From Leucoraja erinacea (lineage: Eukaryota), in the NCBI RefSeq assembly GCF_028641065.1, contig NC_073381.1, forward strand, positions 54,622,001-54,686,000: DNA of 64,000 bases, read 5' to 3'. The translations under genes and the position numbers were made by a program. Shown here piece after piece: positions 12,992-24,607 of the stretch; within the stretch, counting starts at the first letter, position 1, and the number at the start of each line of letters is the position of its first letter. The notes beneath the pieces were generated by a model that was not told the DNA's origin, ran no database searches, and saw nothing but the letters and a program-made list of their open reading frames with translations.

Positions 12992-14554
12992 ACATAGAAA
13001 CATAGAAACATAGAAATTAGGTGCAGGAGTAGGCCATTCGGCCCTTCGAGCCTGCACCGCCATTCAATATGATCATGGCTGATCATCCAACTCGGTATCC
13101 CGTACCTGCCTTCTCTCCATACCCCCTGATCCCCTTAGCCACAAGGGCCACATCTAACTCCCTCTTAAATATAGCCAATGAACTGACCTCAACTACCCTC
13201 TGTGGCAGAGAGTTCCAGAGATTCACCACTCTGTGTGAAAAAAGTTCTTCTCATCTCGGTTTTAAAGGATTTCCCCTTAATCCTTAAGCTGTGACCCCTT
13301 GTCCTGGACTTCCCTAACATCGGGAACAATCTTCCTGCATCTAGCCTGTCCAACCCCTTAAGAATTTTGTAAGTTTCTATAAGATCCCCTCTCAATCTTC
13401 TAAATTCTAGAGAGTATAAACCAAGTCTATCCAGTCTTTCTTCATAAGACATTCCTGACATCCCAGGAATCAGTCTGGTGAACCGTCTCTGCACTTCCTC
13501 TATGGCAATAATGTCCTTCCTCAGATTTGGAGACCAAAACTGTACGCAATACTCCAGGTGTGGTCTCACCAAGACCCTGTACAACTGCAGTAAAACCTCT
13601 CTGCTCCTATACTCAAATCCTTTTGCAATGAAACCTAACATACCATTCGCTTTCTTTACTGCCTGCTGCACCTGCATGCCTACCTTCAATGACTGGTGTA
13701 CCATGACACCCAGGTCTCGCTGCATCTCCCCCTTTCCCAATCGGCCACCATTTAGATAATAGTCTGCTTTCCTGTTTTTGCCACCAAAATGGATAACCTC
13801 ACATTTATCCACATTATACTGCATCTGCCAAACATTTGCCCACTCACCCAGCCTATCCAAGTCGCCCTGCAATCTCCTAGCATCCTCCTCACAGCTAACA
13901 CTGCCCCAAGCTTAGTGTCATCCGCAAACTTGGAGATATTGCCTTCAATTCCCTCATCCAGATCATTAATATATATTGTAAATAGCTGGGGTCCCAGTAC
14001 TGAGCCTTGGGGTACCCCACTAGTCACTGCCTGCCATTGTGAAAAGGACCCGTTTACTCCTACTCTTTGCTTCCTGTTTGCCAGCCAGTTCTCTATCCAC
14101 ATCAATACTGAACCCCCAATTCCTTGTGCTTTAAGTTTGTATACTAATCTCTTATGTGGGACTTTGTCGAAAGCCTTCTGGAAGTCCAGATACACCACAT
14201 CCACTGGTTCTCCCCTATCCACGCTACTAGTTACATCCTCGAAAAATTCTATAAGATTCGTCAGACATGATTTACCTTTCGTAAATCCATGCTGACTTTG
14301 TCCAATGATTTCACCATTTTCCAAATGTGCTGCTATCCCATCTTTAATAACTGACTCTAGCAGTTTCCCCACTACCGATATTAGACTAACTGGTCTGTAA
14401 TTCCCCATTTTCTCTCTCCCTCCCTTCTTAAAAAGTGGGGTTACGTTTGCTACCCGCCAATCTTCAGGAACTACTCCAGAATCTAAAGAGTTTTGAAAGA
14501 TTATTACTAATGCATCCACTATTTCTGGAGCTACTTCCTTAAGTACTCTGGGAT
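12992..14554 (-). mobile_element. Young 5'-truncated CR1 LINE (RT domain)
   Basis: ORFs 13752-14582 and 13189-13872 contain [36 protein letters not shown] and RPHLEYCVQFW, with a frameshift near 13905. (TTTCTATG)n tail. Confidence 0.95.
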
Positions 14555-14682
14555 GTTCTTGCTTAGTTCCTTCATAGTACAAGCAATGTTTTGCTAATTG
14601 AATAATGAAGTCTGGAGGTGGACCTAACCATAATCAATTATTTTGGACCAAACCACAATCTCAATCACATTTCATATTAACA

Positions 14683-14830
14683 CAATAGACAATAGGTGCA
14701 GGAGTAGGCCATTCGGCCTTTTGAGCCAGCACCGCCATTCACAGTGACCATGGCTAATCATCCACAATCAGTACCCCATTCCTGCCTTCTCCCCATATCC
14801 CCTTACTCTGCTACCTTTAAGAGTTCTATC
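14683..14830 (-). mobile_element. CR1 3' end fragment
   Basis: ACAATAGACAATAGGTGCAGGAGTAGGCCATTCGG is the reverse complement of a CR1 3' UTR and tail. Confidence 0.8.
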
Positions 14831-15009
14831 TTAACACAGGCCTCATTTCCCCCACTTAGCCCTGACTGGCTCAGTGGTCGCCTGGTTCTGGTGCACTCTA
14901 ACTACTTTTGCATGGCATTGGAGTCATGGAGTGGAAAGGATAAATATAGTCTGACTGAGTTGCAAGTGGTGGAAAGGAAGGAAGCATCAGTGGACCTTAC
15001 AAATATCCT

Positions 15010-15742
15010 TCAGACCATTTGTGATGTCCTCTTTCTTTAGTAAGCATGGTTTCCCACCTAGTAAAGCAGATGGATCCCTCACGCATGTCTCATTTATCCT
15101 GTATTTCTGCTCTCACTTCCCTCCACCCAGGTGGGACAAGGTTAGAGTTCCTCTCGTCTTCGCCTTTCACTCCACCAGCCTCTGCATCCAACACATCATT
15201 ATCCAACATTTCTGCCACCTTCAATGTGATCCCAATGCCAGTCACACCTACCCACCCCCAACCCCTTTCTGTTTTCTGCACAGACTACTCCCTCCACAAC
15301 TCTATGGTTCACTCGTTCCTTCCCACCCAAACAACCCCTTCTCCAGGTACTTTCCCCTGCAGCTGCCGGAGAAGTTACACCTGCTCCAACATTTTATTCC
15401 CCTCGCATCCATCCAGGGACCCCAGCAGCCTTTTCTGATGAGACAGAGATTCAGATGCACCATCTCTAACCTCATCTACCGCATTTGGTACTCCTGATGT
15501 GGCCTCCTGTACATTGGTGAGACCATGTTTCGGCGACCGTTTCACTGAACACACACTCAGTCCGCCAAGACCTGCTGGATCTCCCTGCTTGTTAACCATT
15601 TTAGCCCCCAGTCTCATTCCCATCCCGAACTTTCTGTCCTGAGCCTCCTTGTTGTTACAGTGAGGCCACACGCAAACGAAAGGAACAGCATCGCATATTC
15701 TGCTTGGTTGCTTACAACCAATGAACATTGAATTCTCCAATT
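15010..15742 (+). mobile_element. Degraded Penelope-like element (C-terminal/GIY-YIG region)
   Basis: SSFFSKHGFP..RVPLVFAFH..GPQQPF..QRFRCTISNLIY, collinear with the PLE at 45680-46400. Confidence 0.85.
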
Positions 15743-16882
15743 GATTTCCTATCTGATAAATGGCAACATTTTAAATGTAATATTTTGGGAAGTAATTTAG
15801 AACATCCTTAATAAGTGGAAAGGTGATGCATTAGGAGACCCTTTTTTTCATGCATATATGATTCTGAAGTAGGTCCTGGAAGCCAATAGATATTTTGTAT
15901 TGCCCATGGTTCAATATAATAGTGTTGTTGCATCACTTAAAAATAGCTGAGCTATTTAAATGACCGTTTAAGCAAGACGATCACATGATAATTAGATCAT
16001 CGAGTGCAACAAATTGAATTGACGACCGTGGTCTGCATTTCATTATCATTTATGTTGAACTCAGTTACAGTGGATCCTCATTAATTGCAGTTGGGTCATT
16101 TGATTAGTTGACTATATGTTTAAAAGGTGAACTGTTTCTTAAAATTCTGAGCACATTCCCTGTATATTGTTGATTATCAATGTTGCATTTGGGAAGTTGC
16201 ATGCTGCTTTTCCATCTTGTTTGAATTCAATTGTTCCATTAAAATCTGGTGAAATTGGTCATTTGTAAGAATTCTGAGAATGCTTTCAGTTATTTCATTC
16301 ACAGGTAGTAAAGTGTTGTTCAGTAAGTGCTGGTAAAACATTTTATCATATAATGGATTGCTGGTACTATATTTCCACTTTCGAAAACTTGTCAAAAGCC
16401 ATGGAAGGCAGAAACATTATAATAAACAATTTGCCTTTAATGAGGCTTGGAAATTGGTAAAACGGAAAGGTTTCATGCAACTGTCAACTGTTAATAGTGC
16501 AGCTGTCCAAAAAAGGTCATTTTGAATGCCTTATGTAAATGTCTTTTAGTTTTTGTTCATTGATTAAATTTACCTGGATTAAATGTACTACATGACATTT
16601 AACAGTTACTTAAAAAGAGTTTTGATTAAATACTCTTTATATTGTGTCCATTCAAATAATTTGCTGACTGTCTTCAATGCTGAGTAAGTGGCAGCTTCCT
16701 ATTGAAACTTAACAGCCATGTTCTCTTGCATACCAAGGCCTGCTTTCCTATTGCATCCATTGCCGCTGTTGTGCTTGCGTTTTCGGTACCTCAGATGTAC
16801 ATTTCTATTACTTGTCTTCAAATTTTTTCTTTGCTTTGCTCCTCCATATTTGCAATATATGTCAAGGGATACAGCTGTGTAA

Positions 16883-17460
16883 TGGGCCCGTCCCACATAG
16901 GCGATTTCTCAGGCCACTGAAANNNNNNNNNNNNNNNNNNNNNNNNNNNNNNNNNNNNNNNNNNNNNNNNNNNNNNNNNNNNNNNNNNNNNNNNNNNNNN
17001 NNNNNNNNNNNNNNNNNNNNNNNNNNNNNNNNNNNNNNNNNNNNNNNNNNNNNNNNNNNNNNNNNNNNNNNNNNNNNNNNNNNNNNNNNNNNNNNNNNNN
17101 NNNNNNNNNNNNNNNNNNNNNNNNNNNNNNNNNNNNNNNNNNNNNNNNNTATGCAGGCAATGGACAGGGCAAACGGGGGGAGCACTGTCTGAGTGGAATT
17201 CACACGGTGCAAAGCCAATGTGATACAGACACACACCACGATGAACCGGAAGGTTAGCGCTGTAAATAAGACCAGTGAAAGCACAGTCTACAGGAAGGGT
17301 CACGTAAGTCCTTTAAAAGAAGGAGTGGAGCCAACTGTTAAGAAGCCAGAGATACACGGCTGTGAAGCTCGGCGGACATTAACATTACCGGTCGGCTATC
17401 CCTGGTTCTGAAAACTACTGCTTACATTTTTTTCCCCAATGAGCCACTGAAATGGCGTGT
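16883..17460. mobile_element. Harbinger-family non-autonomous element spanning the assembly gap
   Basis: TAA followed by TGGGCCCGTCCCAC, the same terminus as the element at 28543. No right TIR seen, so the right boundary is uncertain. Confidence 0.5.
16923..17149. other. Assembly gap (227 N)
   Basis: Run of n characters. Confidence 1.
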
Positions 17461-17598
17461 ATGCGTGTGTTCCAGAATGATTGCTCATCATTAGCACTAA
17501 TCCAATTGTAATTGCTATTTTTACAAACATTTTGTTCTCCTGACCTCTTCATTCTATCATTCACCTGCACAATAGTTAACAATCCAACAAATTTACCA

Positions 17599-18653
17599 GT
17601 CTAGCATGGATAGCAGGTCGGCTGAATGGCAGGAGGCAAAAATAAGCATGGCTTTTTCTGCCTGTCTACCAGTGACTAGTGGAGTTCCGCACGTGTCATT
17701 GCTGGGGCCGCTACTCTTCACGTTGTATCTTAATGATTTGGACAAGGGGAGTGAAGGATTTGTGGCAAAGTTTGCAGATGATACGAAAATAGGTGGAGGG
17801 GCAGGTAGTGTAGAGAAAGCAGGGACCCTGCAGAAGGGCTTGGACAGGTTGGGAGAGTGGGCAGAGAAGTGGCAGATGGAATATAATGTAGCAAAGTGTG
17901 GAGTGGTGGTAGGAATAAAGGTGTAGACTATTCCAAATGGGGTGAGAATCCAGAAATCGAACTTGCAAAGGGACTTGGTAGTGCTGGTGCAGGATTCCCA
18001 AAAAGTTGATCTACAAGTTGAATCGGTAGTAAAGAAAGCAACCTCAGTGCTAGCATTTATTTTAAAAAGGGCTTGTATACAAAAACAGGGATGGAATGTT
18101 GAAGCTCGATAAAGTGCTGGTAAGACCGCACCTGGAATATTGTGAGCAATTTTGGACACCATATCATAGGAAGGATGTGTTGGCTCTGGAGAGGGTCCAG
18201 AGGAGGTTTACAAGAATGATCCCAGGAATGAGTAGGTTAACCTATGATGACCGTTTGTCAGCAATGGGCCTGTGCTTGCTGGATTTTAGAAGAATGAGGG
18301 GGGACCTCATTGAAACATACAGAATAGTGAAAGGCTTGGATAGAATGGATGTGGAGGGAATGTTTTCACTAATGGGAGAGTCTAGGACTAGGGGTCATAG
18401 CCTCAGAATTAAAGGACGTTCTTTTAGGGAGGAGATGAGGAGGAATCTCTTTAGTCAGAAGGTGGTGAATATGTATAATTCTTTGCCACAGAAGGCTGTG
18501 GAGGCCGTCAGTAGATATTTTTAAGGCAGCGATAGATAGATTCTTGATTAGTACAGGTGTCAGAGATTATTGGGATGATCAGCCAGGATTGAATGGTGGA
18601 GTAGACTTGATGGGCTGAATGGCCTAATCCTACTCCTATTCCTTATGACATTA
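17599..18653 (+). mobile_element. CR1 LINE 3' portion inserted into a minus-strand V-SINE
   Basis: VTSGVP..LLGP, KFADDTKIGG, RPHLEYCEQFW. Flanked by TTACCA (17593-17598 and 18654-18659). SINE sequence resumes at 18654. Confidence 0.85.
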
Positions 18654-18812
18654 TTACCATCCTTCACGTTTTTGTGATGTGAAAGGAAATATGAACATAT
18701 GGGGAAATGTTTATGGCTTTGGGGACAAATATACATACTCCACACAGACAGCAAGGTCAGGATTGAACTCAGGACTGGCACTATGAAGCAGCAGCACTGC
18801 GAGTTGTGCCAC
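18654..18812 (-). mobile_element. V-SINE 5' portion
   Basis: The reverse complement reads GTGGCACAACTCGCAGTGCTGCTGCTTCATAGTGCCAG...GTTCAATCCTGACC..CTGTCTGTGTGGAG (tRNA-like head plus V-domain). Confidence 0.7.
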
Positions 18813-19382
18813 AGCCATCCAGTATTTTTACTTTTTGTTCTCAATTATTTTATAACTGGGGAAGTGCTTTTCTGCATTCATGGTGACTTTTTTAACAATT
18901 TTGTTGCATAAGCTGGAGAACAATTTTCATCCATGGCTTTTGCTCCAAATCAGATTAAAACATTTTATTCCGTGCATTTACATGATTACTGCTGAGGGAC
19001 TTGTTCCACTATTGTTAGCACTTTCTAAAACCTTAGCATTCACCTTGGCAGCCCAAGCTGTGAGTATAGGAAAGATATTTTATCAGGCTGTGGCCAACTG
19101 TGTAAGATAATTTCCATGTAAGATCATTTGTAATTTTAATATTGTACTTTATTGAAACGGAATCGGAATCTTACATTTGTAAGATTGTTAACATCAGGTT
19201 ACTTCTATCTTGAATATGAAAATATTGTTTGCCTCCGTAAATGAAATACATTTCTCAGCAATTAGTTATGTGGATTGGAAATAATGAGCTGCGTCAAATA
19301 TTTATTAGGTCATCTTGATTCAGATTTTGAACAGTGCTGACCTTAATTCACAACCCTCACCATTGCAATTCTATTATAATGA

Positions 19383-20410
19383 CTAGACTAAGTGGGACCC
19401 GTTCCCCCAACGTAACATTCCACCACTCACCCATGGCCCCTAACTGCACAGGTGCGGGGGGGGGGGGGGGGGGCCAGGGGGTTGTGGGTATGGGGGGGGG
19501 GGTGTGGGCGGGGGGTTGGGGGGTATGGGGGTGTATGGGGTTCGGTGTGTGGGGACGGGGGGTTGTGGGGGCAGAGGGGTGGGCGGGGGGGTGTGTGGGC
19601 GGCAGAGTGTGTGGGAGGGGGTGGAAGGTGTGTGTGTGTTGTGGGGTGTGTGTGTGGGGGGTGTGTGGTGTGTGGGGGGGGGGGGGATATGTGGGCAGGG
19701 GGCCTTGTGGGGGGAGTTGTGGAGGAGGGGGGGTGTGTGGGCGAGGGGGGAGTGAGCTCAGTGAAAAGATGGGGGAAAAGCCATGGGGGAGAGGGGGGCA
19801 TCATGATGGGGGAGGATCCAGCATGGGGGAACCAGAGGGGTAGTGGCTGGAATTGGTGGTGCGATGGGAACTCACAATGGGCGCTGGTCATTGGTCATTA
19901 TCCTCTGCCGGAATCAGAGTCTCCGCTTTCCGTTCGGCGACATCTCCGACTCCAGGCTGGTCTGGGCAGGGTCTCTGACGCTGTGCTGTGTTGGGTCTCC
20001 GACGCTAGGCTGCTTGGGGATGGGATGATTGGGGCTGGCCTGCTTGGGGCTGCTTCGGCTCCCTCCGAAAGTCTGCTTGGAAACCTTCGCCGGCCATCCT
20101 CAGCTCCAGTAAAGACGCGATGTTGCAGTAAGGGGCGGACCGTCCCGGGTAGTGACGGGGGAAGAGACTATTCCATGCGGTGCTGACTGGCATGAGAAGA
20201 GATCGATCTGCGCACGCGCGGTTTTTAAGATTTTTAAACCTCGCTTACTTTTACGACAGTCAACCGATTGGAACGAAACTTATACACTCGCAGCACAGGA
20301 GAGTGAACTTGCGCAAAATCGTAGTGCTATTGCGAACTGTTTTTGCGCAAATAGAAAGACCACCAAACCAGAAGATAACAAGATCAGAGTTTTAGTTATG
20401 TATAGATAGA
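19383..20410 (-). mobile_element. Non-autonomous Helitron with G-rich low-complexity interior
   Basis: On the - strand it reads A|TCTATCTATAC...AACGGGTCCCACTTAGTCTAG|T: 5' TC, 3' CTAG, A|T target and no TSD. Termini are related to the copy at 39578-40556. Confidence 0.75.
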
Positions 20411-20724
20411 TGACTGGCTTTGAGGTATTTTCAGGAAAATCTTACAAAATCTATTCAAATCTATTTTTGTTTATGCGTAGAGCTGCTCTTTAAGGCAGAT
20501 GCTAATATTGCACATGATTAAATTAAAGTAATATGCAATTAATAATGATATGTTTTAACAGTTTATAAACATCATTGCAATTTCAATACAATTCTGATCA
20601 TCCCACTGCAAAGGACTCAGTTGCTTTTGTTCCTTGAGCAATAATTGGTGTTGTTGAGCTCTGCTGAGAGAAAAAAAGTGCCATAGCGAAATGAGGAAAA
20701 AATTCAAGGAATTGCTTGAAGTCT

Positions 20725-21030
20725 CTTTATAACCTCCTCACTGACTCCTGGGAATCCCAGCCAATGACCACACAAAGTGAAAAGGGGTATTCGGGGTGGA
20801 ATTGAGAACCTTGAGTCCATGCATTGGTGGCACACAAGCTATGGGGTAAGGGGTGGAAGGGGCATACCACCTCAAACCACCCACATAGCTGGCTGGTCTG
20901 GCAGAACCTGTCCCATCTGTGGAAGAGTGCATTGTCACCACATTGGTTCTGCAGACATCTCAGAAATAAAAGTATGGAGTTAAGTAGTTAATCCTCAAGT
21001 GGCGATCTAAGAAGGAGAAAGAGGAGAGGA
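20725..21030 (+). mobile_element. RTE-clade LINE 3' end fragment
   Basis: GIRGGIENLE...CPICGRVHCHHIG resembles the C-terminal zinc-finger-like motif of RTE elements. Purine-rich (AAG/GAG) tail at ~21008-21030. Confidence 0.6.
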
Positions 21031-21252
21031 ATATTGGACTGTAATGTGAAGAGAATTACTGTTGGTATTCTTCGTAGATGGCCTTAAATTTCTGTCATTT
21101 ACACCACAGTAAATTACTGTAATTACCACTGTTTTATCCGAAGGCAATTATTTTTTTAATTTACCCTTAAAATAATCCAAATTCAGTTATACAATTCCGA
21201 TGCTCTTAAACTGTAGGCATCTTCTGCAATAGAAATGGACAAAATATCAAGA

Positions 21253-21456
21253 AGACAAAGTGCTGGAATAACAAAGCAAGTCAGGCATATCGCTGATAAG
21301 TAACGTTTCAGGTCAAGACCCTTCTTCAGACCATCTGAAGAACGGTCTCGACCCAAAACATCACCTATCCATGTTCTCCAGAGATGTTGCCTGACTCGCT
21401 GAATTACTCCAGCACTTTGTGTCTCATTGTTTGTAAGCCAGCATCTGCAGTTTCTT
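21253..21456. mobile_element. Palindromic Penelope-terminus-derived unit with two back-to-back hammerhead-like cores
   Basis: AACGTTTCAGGTCAAGACCCTTCTTCAGA-CCA-TCTGAAGAACGGTCTCGACCCAAAAC. The arms are reverse-complementary and match the PLE end at 46515-46615. Confidence 0.75.
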
Positions 21457-22520
21457 ATTTTTTACCTTTTACCTTTTGGTCAAAAGATCAATTTTGTTCC
21501 AACCCTTCATAATATTTTGGTTAAACAAGGCACATGGTGCTGGAATAACTCAGCAGGCCAGGTAGCATCTGTGGAGTAAATGGATAGTTGACAGTTTGGG
21601 CAATTAACCTCGATCTAAGAACAGTTTGTCGGATGCTTGCCAGTCAACAGCATTGATGAGTATGTTGTTGCATTAAGGCCAGAATGGAAAGGCTGAGTAT
21701 CTTAAAGTCACTTGTAAAACTACTAGAAAAATATAGGCAAGTGTCCTGCAATTAATGTATTCTACTTGGTTTATTATTGTCATGGGTACAAAAATACATT
21801 AAAACTTTTGTTTTTTTAGCTATCCAAGCAGATCATTACCATACAAGTGCAACCAAAGCGCACATTAGTACAACAGGTAGTACAAATAGAGCTTAAAATA
21901 TGGTTTTATTAAATGTGACAGAAAAAAGGTGCGAGGGTCGCTAAAAGGTACATTTGAAGATTCAGAATACATCTTATTCATATGAGAGATTCATTCAAGT
22001 CTGATACCAGCGCTGTTGAAGCTAGACAAAGATTGAAGGTTAATGAGAGTCAACACGATAGTGTCCAAATTCAATGCAGATTTCTGAGAAGTATTCTAGG
22101 GTACTGTCAGTATTCATGTGAAGCAAACCCTGAGGATAATGAAATCTAAAAGTAATCTTTGAGTATGTTAGAGGTTAGATGAAAATTCAAAAACTCCAAA
22201 TGCTAGAAATATGGAGCAGAAATGCCGGAGCCCGTCAATAGGTCTGGGTGCTTCCGTGGAAGGAGAAATGGTTAACATTTCAGATCAAAGGAGTGAAAGG
22301 ATGGAGAATGAATGGAGAATGAAGAGCAAGAAGAAGGTATGATAAAGTTAGCAATAAAGGGCAGAGATGTTGGGCAACTGATGTTGGGAAATGTGTAAAC
22401 TGAAGCAATAAATAAAAAATAAAGTTTGCTCATTTTAACAACAAAATTCATGAAATTATCATATCCTGAAGTCACTTGAGGTATAGTGGAGTTTACTTTT
22501 GTTCTCCTGTAGAAATAGGT

Positions 22521-23130
22521 TTAGACAATAGACAATAGATGCAGGAGTAGGCCATTCAGCCCTTTGTGCCAGCACCACCATTCACTGTGATCATGGCTGA
22601 TCATCCACAATCAGTACCCTGTTCCTGCCTCTCACCATATCCCTTGACTCCACTATCTTTAAAAGCTCTATCTAACTCTCTCTTGAAAGCATCTAGAGAA
22701 TCAGCCTCCACTGCCTTCTGAGACAGAGAATTTCACAGATTCACAACTCTTGGGATGAAAAAGTTTTTCCTCACCTCTCCCAGATCTCGTTGTACTTTCC
22801 CTTTTCCTAACTTGACACCATTCAGATAATAATCTACCCTCCTGTTCTTGCCACCAAAGTGGATAACCTCACATTTATCCACATTAAACTGCATCTGCCA
22901 TGCATCTGCCCACTCACCCAACTTGTCCAAGTCACCCTGCATTCTCATAGCATCCTCTTCACACTGCCAGCCAGCTTTGTGTCATCTGCAAATTTCCCCT
23001 TCATAAATCCATACTGACTCGGACCGATCCTGTTACTGCTTTCCAAATGTGCCGCTATTTCATCTTTTATAATTGACTCCTGCATCTTCCCCACCACCGA
23101 TGTCAGGCTAACTGGTCTATAATTCCCTGT
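22521..23130 (-). mobile_element. CR1 LINE with internal deletions
   Basis: [32 protein letters not shown] joined directly to VRKNFF..RVVNL. (TATTGTC)n tail. Confidence 0.85.
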
Positions 23131-23559
23131 TTAGGTCTATTATTGTCATATGTATTGATGTACAGGGCTTTATTTTGCATGCTATCCAAACAGATCAGGT
23201 ACATCAATACAATCAAGTCAAATTCAAGTGCAATAGATAGAACAAAGTGCAAGGCACAGCTCACAGAAGTCAATTTGCTTTGGGTAACTAATTCAAGATT
23301 GCTATTGCCATGGATTTTGATCAATGATCAATTGATTTTATAATGCATTTGAGTGGAATTCCAAAGTATTTAAAACTATGCAAATAAAATAAGTGGACGG
23401 TATCTTTGAAAAGCAAAAGAAAACGACAGATCCTGGCAACCTGAAATAAAAACTAAAAATGCTGGAAGTGCTCAGTTAGTTAAGCAGCTTCATTTGGATA
23501 TGTGAGTGAAGAAACAGCAAGAGGAGTTTAATTCGAACACATGTAATATGTTACACCTT

Positions 23560-24200
23560 ACACGTTAGTGAAATGTATATGGTAAATGGCAGGACCCTTG
23601 ACTGTATTTCTGCAAGATGGAGCGTGAGATGCAGGCCATAGCTCAGTGAAAGTGGCAACACAAGTACACAGATTGGTAAAGAAGCATTTGACTTTCTTGC
23701 CTTTATTGGGTGGAGCACTGAGTATAAAAGTTGGCAGCTTTGTAAAGCTTTGTGTAGAGTAGACCATGTTTGGAATATTGTATGCCATTCTGGTTATCAC
23801 AATACAAGGAAAGATGTGGAGGCTTTGGAGACGATATAGAAGAGGTTTAACAGGATGTTGCTTTGATTAGAGAGCTGTAGCTATAAAAAGAGGTTGGAGA
23901 AATTAGAAAAATTATGACATGCATGGTTAGAGTGGATAGTGGACCTTTTTCCTAGGGTGGGGATGTCAAGTACCAAAGGCTGCTGGTTGCGGGTAATAGG
24001 GAAAAAGTTTAAAGGAGATTTGCGAGGCAAACGCAAGTGATAGGTGCCTGGAACATGCTGCCAGGAATGCCAGGTGGAGCTGAAATAGTAATGCTGTTTA
24101 AGAAGCATATAGACAGATACATAAACAGGCCAGAATGGAGGGATATGGATCATGTTCCGGCACATGGGATTGGTTTAAATCGGTATCATCGTCAGCACTA
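23560..24200 (+). mobile_element. Old degraded CR1 3' fragment
   Basis: TTGGAATATTGTATGCCATTCTGG and GGAAAGATGTGGAGGCTTTGGAG..AGAAGAGGTTTA resemble the CR1 LEYC.QFW / KDV.ALE.VQRRF codons. Confidence 0.7.
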
Positions 24201-24412
24201 ACATCATATTCCTATCCAGTACTATTCTTTGTTTTATGTTCTTTCTGTGGAAAGAAAAATGGGGGTAATATTTCTACTCTGACCATTCATCGGAACTATG
24301 AAAAGATAGAAATCAAACATGGTTAAAAGAGAAAAAGTGAAAGTGGAGACCAAGCAAAACCGTAGTGAAAGTATCCATATACCAGAAAGGTGCTGCCAAC
24401 TTAAAAATATAG

Positions 24413-24554
24413 TCTTGTTCTTCTTGCGTATGGCATGCACAGCCCAAAGTTATAGGACAACTTGTTCTATTTGATCTTATTTGATTGTGCACGCCGGGTT
24501 GATTGCATTCGTCGAAACAGGGCGGACCACGTGAAGGTTGCAATCTTCCACCCC
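24413..24554 (-). mobile_element. Short non-autonomous retroelement with ribozyme head and (GAA)-rich tail (Ingi/Vingi-like affiliation inferred)
   Basis: The minus strand starts GGGGTGG and ends GCCATACGCAAGAAGAACAAGA. CpG-rich against AT-rich flanks. Possible degraded TSD AAAATATAG (24404-24412) / AAAAGATGG (24555-24563), 7/9 match. Confidence 0.65.
24501..24554 (-). ncRNA. Putative minimal HDV-like (delta-like) self-cleaving ribozyme
   Basis: GGGGUGG-AA-GAUUGCA-ACC-UUCACGU-GGU-CCGCCCU-G-UUUCGA-CGAA-UGCAAUC: P1 7 bp with G1.U, P2 7 bp, P3 3 bp, 7-nt L3 with U20/C22/C24/G25 equivalents, single-pair P1.1, J4/2 CGAA. Folded by hand. Confidence 0.8.
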
Positions 24555-24607
24555 AAAAGATGGCTTGTAATGGCTTGTAAATTGCAAATCATCTCTCTGG
24601 ACAAAAT

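Noticed and set aside
13069-14295. Plus-strand ORFs opposite the CR1 RT (also the antisense ORFs over the PLE)
   Set aside because: Shadow frames of retroelement coding sequence.
16812-17303. ORFs spanning N runs
   Set aside because: Open only because of the assembly gap.
19334-20186. Long Gly- or Pro-rich ORFs on both strands
   Set aside because: Artefacts of the stop-poor G-rich tract inside the Helitron.
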